In this document: one piece after another, positions 55,940-64,000 of the stretch
Layout: every line of letters starts with the position of its first letter
Position numbering within the stretch: the stretch's first letter is position 1
Assembly: GCF_009834535.1 (NCBI RefSeq)
Contig: NC_045697.1
Span: 31,870,001 to 31,934,000, forward strand
DNA length: 64,000 nt
Source of the DNA: Camelus ferus
Taxonomy: Eukaryota
Direction: 5' to 3'
Translations under genes and position numbers: made by a program
Notes under the pieces: generated by a model
Databases searched by the model: none
What the model was told of the DNA's origin: nothing
Seen by the model: only the letters and a program-made list of their open reading frames with translations

Positions 55940-56345
55940 AAAAAAAAAAGCCAGAAAGAGAAAGAAAAAATACCATGAGATCGCTCATATGTGAATCTAA
56001 AAAATAATAATAATAATAATAAAATAAATACAAAACAGAAACAGACTCACAGACATAGACTACAAACCTGTGGTTGCCAAGGAGGAGGGAGGTGGGAAGG
56101 GACAGACTGGTAGTTCAAAATTTGTAGATACTGACAGGCATATACAGAAGAGATAAACAAAATTATACTGTATAGCACAGGGAAATATATACAAGATCTT
56201 GTGGTAGCTCACAGCAAAAATAAAAGGTGACAATGAACATATGTATGTTTATGCATAACTGAAAAATTGTGCTCTACACTGGAATTTGACACAACTTTGT
56301 AAAATGACTATAACTCAACAAAAAATGTAAAAAAAAAAAAAAAAA
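55940..56345 (+). mobile_element. Young camelid L1 3' end with perfect TSD
   Basis: L1 3'UTR and polyA flanked by a 15-bp perfect duplication aaaaagcatgtattt (55924-55938 and 56341-56355). Confidence 0.92.
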
Positions 56346-57429
56346 GCATGTATTTTAACTTCACATTTGATAGATAATAGTCCCAGATACATAACCCTCG
56401 GTTCAAAACATTCTCCCTGAGACTCAGGAAGCCACTGTTCGAGGGTCCAGTGTTGTGGATGAGAAGTCTGATGTCTTCCTGAGTCCTGATTCTTTGAAAT
56501 CAACATAAATCTGACATAATTGTTTTATTTTATTTCTTTCCAGATGATTTTAGGATTTTCTCCTTAACCTTAATATTCTAAAATTTTACTGTTTTGGTTC
56601 TTTTCATTCTTGCACAGCAATTAAATACCTGATTTATTTTTACTCCTGTATTCAGAACATCAGATAAGGCAAATCAGTGTCTCTCTAGTCTCCCTCTAAA
56701 ACTCCTTTTGGACATGTACTGAGCTTTTCTGATTCCATTTTCTTTAATTGAATTTTCCTCGTACTTTTGATCTCTGTTTCTTTTTTGTCTAAATTCTGTC
56801 AGATTCCTTTATGTTTTTCCAGATGATTTTTTGCTTTTAAGATAATTTCTCCCCCCAGTACACTTTAACTATATTACTTTTTACCATTCAGACTTAGTCT
56901 TTTTTATTTCCATACTTACTTATATTTAAAATTTATAATGAATCATTCTAATAGTTTAATTTTCACCTAAATCTTTTATAAGGACAATTACATTTATCTT
57001 TAAGTTTTCTTTTGTCCTCTGAATTATCTCTAATCCCACACGGCTGTTTTTTCTTTTAGTTTATCTTGGTTCTTTTCTTCTCTTCCATAATGTTGATTTT
57101 TTTCAGATGTCATATGTTCAACAATAAATATAAAGGAAATACTATGTGAGCTAGTATATGTGGCTAAGATTTGTTTTCTCCCCTGTAATATAGGTCTCTT
57201 CTAGGCAATATCTCTCTTTAATGGAAGATCAACTGCAATTTTTAATATAAATATTTGGGCATGTCAACAGGTAATCTTGCTATAGGCTACACAGATAAGA
57301 AACGGGAAGCTAGACATCTACTCTGCCAGTATGAGGAGTAAGTAATTTGACAGTGAAGACAATCCTTTTACTACTGAATGAAACTACATGTATTTTCATC
57401 TCTCTCCTTGGTTTCCTGTGGGTCTAGAG

Positions 57430-57612
57430 CTTGGGTTGACGTATATAACACAATGTCAATGGGACACAGCCGTGCTCATCAGTTTATGTTCTGTCTATAG
57501 CCACTTTTATGCTATGACAGAATTGAGTAGTTGCAACAGAAAGTTATAAGGTCTGTAAAGCCTAAAATAGTTACTATAAAGTCCTTTGTTGAGAAAGTTT
57601 GGCAACTCCTCA
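57430..57612. mobile_element. MER58A-like hAT element
   Basis: gggacacagccgtgctcatc...gaattgagtagttgcaacaga...aaagcctaaaata...gaaagtttggcaactcct. Confidence 0.8.
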
Positions 57613-58169
57613 TCTAGGGTATCAGTATCTTCAAGCCCCGCGCTACTTCTTTCTCATCCTCAAAACTCACCAGTAGTTGTGCTCAGGTAGATTATGTTCT
57701 GGGTTTAGGAAAGAATTCTCAGTATTTATCTTTATGTCAAAAGTTCCAATTGTTAGTTACTTAGTTTAGAATAGGAAGAGGGAAGAAAGGCATCTGTCTC
57801 AGGTATTCTAAAGGTGTTTACTAAATTAATTACCTGGTTGGTTCCTACTGCCCTTCGACTTTGTTGACTCGGAACTTGGAGCATCTCTGGACTTCCTTGC
57901 AAAGCCCCTGCTCATCCTGGATGTCTGTAGGATATTCTATATTACTCTTATGCTGTCTGCTTTCTATATCCCAACTTTATGAAATTTCTGATTCATTGTT
58001 GACATAAATTATTTCTTATTTATTATCATTGTAATTGTACCCTATCTTTCTGTTTCCATGAAATTTCCGATTGGTCTAAGAAAACTTCTGAAATAGGTGA
58101 GCTGGATTCTTGTGCTCAAGCTGTCATCTGGCACATGAAACTCCACAAGAAGAAAGTTTTACAGAAAGT

Positions 58170-59110
58170 AATAATCAATATTACTAAATACTGCTGAGAA
58201 TTCAAGTGAGATGTGGGTGTAAAAGTGGCTCTAGATATAGAAACAAGGATGTCATTGGTTACCTTGGAGACTGCAGGTTAAGTGGGATAGTGAGGGAAGA
58301 GGGCAGAGAGCAAAAGTTTGGGGAATGATTGTGATTTGAAGAAACAGCTACAGTGCACATATACAACTTTCTGGTGTTTGATTGTGAAGGAGAAGAGAGA
58401 TATGGTCAGTATGTGGCTAGAAATATGTGATTAAATTGTGGAATTTGGGAGTTTACTGTTGTTGATATTCCTTTATAAGATAGAAGTGAATATATCAAGC
58501 TTAAAATTTGGTGGAAGAAATTTTGAGACAAAACGACATTTTATTTGAAGAAAGAGGGAAGGAGATGCTATAATTTATGAAATGTGTCCTTGAAGAGTCA
58601 GAAAAGGATAGAATCCCAGGTACAGATGGAAGAATTCACTTTAGATAAGATGGCAGACAGGAGAGGAGGGAGGGACAGGTGGGGATACAGTCTAGAAATG
58701 AATAGCAGTAAGTTGCAAAGGTTTTCATCCTTATCGCTTTTATTTTCATACTTCATGTGTCAGCTAGCCTAGGAAATTCAGAAAAGGTTGGAAGAGCTGC
58801 CATTCATAATGGAAGAGAAAGAGTTGGATAACACTGGAGTACTGAGCAAGCATTAAGGATCCAATTGAGGAGGGGCACCATTCTTTTGTAGTGACACTAG
58901 CTTCAGTTTGTAATTTTCTATAACAGCTTCCCACAATCTCAATAAGGGTGCAGAAGAAGCCCACAGCTAGGTTTATCTCAAGTTACGGTTTTATCCAGTA
59001 AGGAATTGGGAAATTAGCAAAAGATTAATTGAAATTTGACCATGACATTTAAGATGACTAGGAAGGAAGCAAAAACAGGAGGTGACTGAAAGAAAATATA
59101 AAGGATATAG
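58170..59110 (-). mobile_element. LINE-2 remnant
   Basis: ctgctgagaattcaagtgagatg...gatgtcattggttaccttgg and a purine-rich L2 body. Confidence 0.6.
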
Positions 59111-59223
59111 GGACTGTGTACTATTGTGGTTAAAAATGCAAGATAGTATAAAAACATGGAGTGAGAAACTTGCAAGTAAAATGTTATGGCAAGAGAGTGA
59201 ATCTTTAAATTTAAAACAGTAGA

Positions 59224-59360
59224 GGGGAGGGTATAGCTCAAGTGGTAGAGCACATGCTTAGCATACACAAGGTCCTGGGTTCAATCCCCAGTACCTCCTC
59301 TAAAAATAAATAAGCAAACCTAATTACCTACAACTCCCCCCAAAATAAAATAAAATAAAG
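59224..59360 (+). mobile_element. Camelid tRNA-derived SINE (Vic-1 type)
   Basis: ggggagggtatagctcaagtggtagagcacatgcttagcatacacaaggtcctgggttcaatccccagtacctcc, with A/B boxes and an (AAAAT)n tail. Confidence 0.92.
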
Positions 59361-60070
59361 TAATAGAGATAAAGGAATCCTATGCCATGGTCCATTCCTC
59401 TTGCAGTTATGGAAATAAATTTCTAATTAAATTCTCACTTCAAATTAAAGAATTATTCATTAATTTCTCTTAAAGGTGAGAAAATCAAGTCTGAGAACAG
59501 TAACTTGCAGAGTTACACAATGCCAAAAAGTGATGGATCTGAAATGTGAAAAGTATAGATGTTTGTAAAGTCAATCCTATATTCGTCATGCTTTCCCTGT
59601 ATCTCAGTGATACTTCCAATGAGAAGGGGACCAGGAGAGAATGAGTTCTATGCCCTGTTCCCATGGACCATCAACTCCTGGAGCAAGTTACTCTTAACCA
59701 CTCCTGTATTTCCTATCCATCCTTTCATACACAATTTCACATAAAGAAAAAATTGGGCATGCCAGATCTGGAGGGAACTTTTTATTTGCAACTAGGTTTT
59801 TAAAAAGTCACTTAGAAAAGGATATTTCAGAATTTTCTTCAATAGAAATCTCACTTTAGATTTTGGCATTGCCTTAAATTATAAGAATACATGTTATGAT
59901 TCAGATATACAGCTGTATCTAGTCACCAGTATTTTTCCCCTGCAAATATTATGAAATAAGCCTTCATACGTTTTGGTAGTGTAAAGAGAATCACTGAAAA
60001 ATAGACCTTGCCTAATAAAGCATTTTTATTTTGGAAGCATAATTACTGCCTTAGATGACTCTGCTAGAAT

Positions 60071-60496
60071 TCATTTCCGGGAAAGGTTTGGAAAATGGGA
60101 TGCACAACAGTCAAGCAGCAGTTGTGTGTGAGAAAATGGAGACAATGTTTTGAATCTGTAGTAAATCCCTCTGCAATGGTGACTGGAAAGATGGAAGAGA
60201 GTGAAATGAAGCAAAACCCATGGTTTATTCCCAGTTCTAAGAAAAGCCTCTTTGCTAATGTACTTTGTTTGTTGGAGACATTTTAAGAAGGCAAAGCAAA
60301 AGGACAACAAGATTAGAGCGGCAGGAGAAGCTTGATGGTGGAGCCAGGAGCCTCCCCAAATGGCCTTCCCATGCGGATCTGCATGTGCTGCTCTCTACAT
60401 TCCTAGAACCCGTTCCTTGCAATGCACATGCTCCATTTGTTCAGCGGTTTTTCTTCCAAAAGTGTCATTTGCTCACAGCAGCTTTCATCAACCACC
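60071..60496 (-). pseudogene. Fossil exon: strumpellin-like repeat 2
   Basis: tag|G acceptor at 60496. [24 protein letters not shown] ~ [40 protein letters not shown] ~ LCREILRITDPKMTCH. Confidence 0.45.
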
Positions 60497-60782
60497 CTAG
60501 GTAAATGCTTCTTGCCCTGTTTTGCCTATCACTCTACTCTGTACCTTTCCTTCAAATTTATCATCATACCTGCTTTACTTGTACTTTTTATTCTCACTTT
60601 CTCTATCCTCTCTTTCACCCGCATGTTTAGTGTATGAGCAGTCAGATCAGGACCCATGCGAGTTTATGTACAGTTGTTGCCATGAACCTCATACACAGCA
60701 CCCACTTGACTATCCTTTGCTGATTTCCTTAACCTGCCATCCTCATCTTTCTGACAACAGTGTTAAGACTGTCACTCAAGAT

Positions 60783-61050
60783 TGTGTTTGAGTGCAATCA
60801 TCAGAGACTCTACAGTGGCTTATCCGAAGGACAGAGTTGTTTTGCTTTGTTTTTTCACATGACAAAGTGCTCAGAGGTAAGCAGTAATTCAGGTAAGGTG
60901 TGACAACTCCACATTACCATTGCCCTAAAATCCTTTGACTTCTCTATTTTCCCAGCCTTAGCATCCTGCAAAAGAGATTGGAAAATGTGAGGGGTTTTTG
61001 TTTGTTTGTTGGAAATATTATAAAATAAATCAATGTTCTGTTAATAAGAA
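60783..61050 (-). mobile_element. MaLR MLT-like LTR remnant
   Basis: agactctacagtggctta...tttttcacatgacaaag; tgcaaaagagattggaaaatgtgag. Confidence 0.5.
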
Positions 61051-61289
61051 AGAAGTCCGGGCTGAGAATTAATAGTCCCATATACACAGTAGAAGGGCCT
61101 CTTTATTGATAAATGACGGCACTCAAAATCATGATCACATGATCTACATCACCCCAGCAGGCATAATCAGACATGGAGAATGTTCTACACAGGATACACA
61201 ATCTTCATCAGAGAAGGTCTAGAGAGCACTGAGTTAAAATGAAGAGAGACAGATAAATGAAATAAACATGTATTGGCAGGATAAGACAG

Positions 61290-61440
61290 ACCGATGCATA
61301 CATATTCACTTTAGGGATGGCTTGTCCACTAAGATAGGAATATTCAAGCTTTGCTGAAAAAGACATCTTCTTCTCCAGACCATATTTGGATTGACAGACA
61401 ACTCTTAATTCTGGGATCCTCTCTTGTCTATACTTCATTT
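61290..61440 (-). pseudogene. Fossil exon: start of strumpellin-like repeat 2
   Basis: Within ORF 61208-61438: LEKKMSFSAKLEYSYL....VNMY ~ WASHC5 [22 protein letters not shown]. Confidence 0.45.
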
Positions 61441-62234
61441 TCGGACTAAATCCTTTCTTAAGGGCATAGTCTTTCTTTTGACATTGTGCTATATTAAATT
61501 AGATTAAATTTAGTTTTATAGCTCAAGAAGCTAGTATATCTTTTTAAGGCAACTCAGCATATCTCTGATATATCTATTATGTGTTGACTTCACAATTTAA
61601 CCCTCAGAAAACAATTTTTCTCCATTTTTTTCCAAGTGCTCCTGGACACTTCAGCATAGTCATAAAATACTTACAAGCACATATGTAATGACAATACTTA
61701 GTGTGCAGTCTTAAAACTGACTAATACACATTCACCATAAAATACCTTTCAGTTTATTTAATTAATTTTTCCTTCAGTTGTCCCTTAGGTTGGATAATTG
61801 TCCCCAGTAGTATTTTAGGAATAAAGATTCTTCTGCTAATGCCCAATATTGATATTGGCTTCCCCCTGGAGACTTTTTGTGAATGTATTATTTTCTTAAC
61901 CTAAGAATTGTTAACATTTCTGAATGTTTGGTTGCTTAGCATTCACCAATACATTATCAATTTATTCTCTTTTTCAGTGCAAGGATTTGGAATCTCAATG
62001 GTCCAATCTGAGGCTGGCTTGACATTACTAACTGTGATTTTAGGCAACTCACTTGACATCCCTGCAACTTCATTTTCGCCATCCAATGATATTTTGGCCA
62101 AGCCTATCATACACAATTATTTTAAAAATCAGATTACATAGGATGAGAAGGAATCATCTTGGTTAAAGCTAGGACTTCTAAATGTTGCTTAACTCTAAAT
62201 TTCTATAATTCTGGAAAAAGAACTTAAAATACAG

Positions 62235-62440
62235 TTGCCTGTTTGAATATATCTAATGCAGATATCTGGCCAAAACTGCTTCCTTGGAGGGTCACAGGGA
62301 GTTTGGATGTGTAAGCTGAGATACCGCAGAGGTGTGTATGTAGGGCCCCTGGAAAGACAGGAGGAAGCCAAGGTGAAGAGAACGGTATAAAACTCCAAGT
62401 GGGGGACTGGCTGAAATGACAAGCTCTCCTGGCACAGCCA
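62235..62440 (-). pseudogene. Fossil exon: end of strumpellin-like repeat 1
   Basis: GC-richer block. SPPLGV...LGFLLSFQGP / TYT.LRYLSLHI ~ [31 protein letters not shown] (needs a frameshift). Confidence 0.4.
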
Positions 62441-62679
62441 TGTTCCAGAACAGACTCTGAAGCTTCTTATAATTCTAAATTTTCACCTGGCTTTCTAGCT
62501 TTATAGGAAAATAAGGTAGTCAAGTTATGGAGATAAAACCTGTTTTATTTACTAATTTGCTAGACAACTTTTAGCATTCATACATATAGTGCATATCCTT
62601 GCCCCAGATCTGCAAATGTTAGCAGCTGGCTTAAGTCTTAATCTCTTCCCATAGTTAGGAAATATTTATCTATAGCCCT

Positions 62680-63040
62680 ACAGAAGGAGGTGTATCCTCA
62701 TCTCCTTAATTCATGGGGTATATAATCTTGTGCCTAGTGTTACAAGGCACAAGACATCCAAAACAGGGAAGGAAGAAACTTGTGCAGATACAAGGTACAC
62801 ATTCATCTGCTTCAAAGGGTGGTGAGGTGGGAAAAATTCTAGATTCAATGCATAACTTCTCAAAGTAGAATCTCTGAGTATAAAGGAAAAACAAAGGTGA
62901 ACAAGGCAGCCATTGTGCAAATGGCCAGATCTGAGATGTGCTCTAACACATTCAGTTTGGAATGCATATCCCTTGTATGCCATTGTTTCTTCTATGTTCA
63001 CAACTTTGTACTGTTTGGGGGTTTTGTTTGTTTGTTTCAT
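62680..63040 (-). pseudogene. Fossil exon(s): strumpellin-like repeat 1 (ORF 62711-63040)
   Basis: AHLRSGHLHN ~ KHLAAALENLN. RDSTLRSYALNLEFFPPHHPLKQMNVYLVSAQVSSFPVLDVLCLVTLGTRLY ~ [52 protein letters not shown]. Confidence 0.65.
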
Positions 63041-63579
63041 GCATTCAGTAAATTGAGCATCTTCTATGGGTGGTGAGCCTTTTGTACATTTTTAACATTC
63101 AACGCTTCATATTTTGGGTCATTTTTTACCTTCAGGAACAACAGCATGGCACCAATTACACTATGGTTAAACATGATTCTGTTGGGGAAGGGAGGGGTTG
63201 GTAGCTGTCTACACCACCTGGATTAGTTTTTTTTTTCCTAAAAAAAGGGGATTCTATTTTGTGCCATATGCCTTTAAATTCTCTGGGTTTAGAATTAGGA
63301 TTAAAGCAGTGTGATTTAGTGAAAGTGGTTACTCAAAACCCTCTGTGTATAAAAACCTCAGGTCTGTTTCCATAGATTTGACTTACAGGGTTTGGGACCT
63401 GAATTACCAAGATAATTCCCTCCACTCTTCGTTGCATTGTCTAAGCAATTTAAAACTTAAGCACTACTTTATTTTTCACATTTCAGTTCATTTGTTTTGT
63501 TTGTTTGTTTCTGTATAAACAGGTTGTTTCTTCCTCAGCATTACGCCCTAGCTGTTTGTCTAGTTAGCTCTCTCCCTAC

Positions 63580-63830
63580 TTGTTATTTACTAGGCAAGGC
63601 CACAGCTGAGGGTCCTGTCTTTCTAATATCTGCACAACTGAAAGCAAGCTGTTTTCCAGAAAGATTCTCAAGCATGAGTAACAGGTATTCTGACAGCAAA
63701 ATTAACCACCTCATATTCCTCATCCCTTTATTCCTGCAAATGAGAAAACTAATCTTGTTATGTAAGAAGTCATTACTTCATCTGCTCATCAGCTGTTTCT
63801 GACATGCTCCAGTTGGCTCTCAGTTTGGAA
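63580..63830 (-). pseudogene. Fossil exon: strumpellin-like repeat 1
   Basis: EVMTSYITRLVFSFAGIK/GMRNMRWLI (1-nt frameshift) ~ [27 protein letters not shown]. Confidence 0.45.
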
Positions 63831-64000
63831 ATAAAATTACACAAGGATGAAAATGAAGCCTGTTTCAGAACATTTTCAAGGAAGATTTGTTCCTTTAATG
63901 GGCTCTCAGCCAAAAGATATGGTTTTTAATTTGTGAGAAAGTAAAAATGCAGTTCAAAGAAGCGAAGCATAAAAAGTCAGGGGTCAAAAGACTTTCTTAT

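Larger units (their letters stand above)
55100..58130 (-). mobile_element. Old L1M remnant (host of the younger L1 and MER58A insertions)
   Basis: T-rich degenerate antisense L1 motifs (gatgagaagtctgatgtc; ttaggattttctccttaacc). Confidence 0.55.

Noticed and set aside
59224..59297. tRNA-like sequences with A/B boxes (also at 5690 and 8315-8387)
   Set aside because: Followed by a shared SINE body and A-rich tail with TSD-like flanks; these are Vic-1 SINE heads, not tRNA genes.
60075..60083. Perfect STAT/GAS motif TTCCGGGAA
   Set aside because: A single 9-mer with no supporting context cannot be called a regulatory site.

Overview
AT-rich mammalian genomic DNA, almost certainly camelid: it carries three copies of a tRNA-derived Vic-1-type SINE and young camelid-type L1 3' ends. 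I can support no intact protein-coding gene, RNA gene or CRISPR array. Positions 1-40 kb look like ordinary intergenic DNA made of L1, L2, MIR, MaLR and DNA-transposon remnants. The main observation is a heavily decayed, intron-containing fossil gene on the minus strand from about 63.8 kb (probably continuing past the right edge) down to about 40.4 kb. Its exon remnants translate, in collinear order, into about three tandem repeats resembling the C-terminal half of strumpellin (WASHC5). These are spliced in phase onto a protein-kinase region that may contain two kinase domains. I do not recognise this architecture from any mammalian gene. A 5'-truncated C6orf52 processed retrocopy, with polyA tail and target-site duplication (TSD), is inserted antisense into one fossil exon. 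All homology calls were made by eye against remembered sequences and need HMM/BLAST confirmation. Repeat subfamily names and boundaries are approximate.
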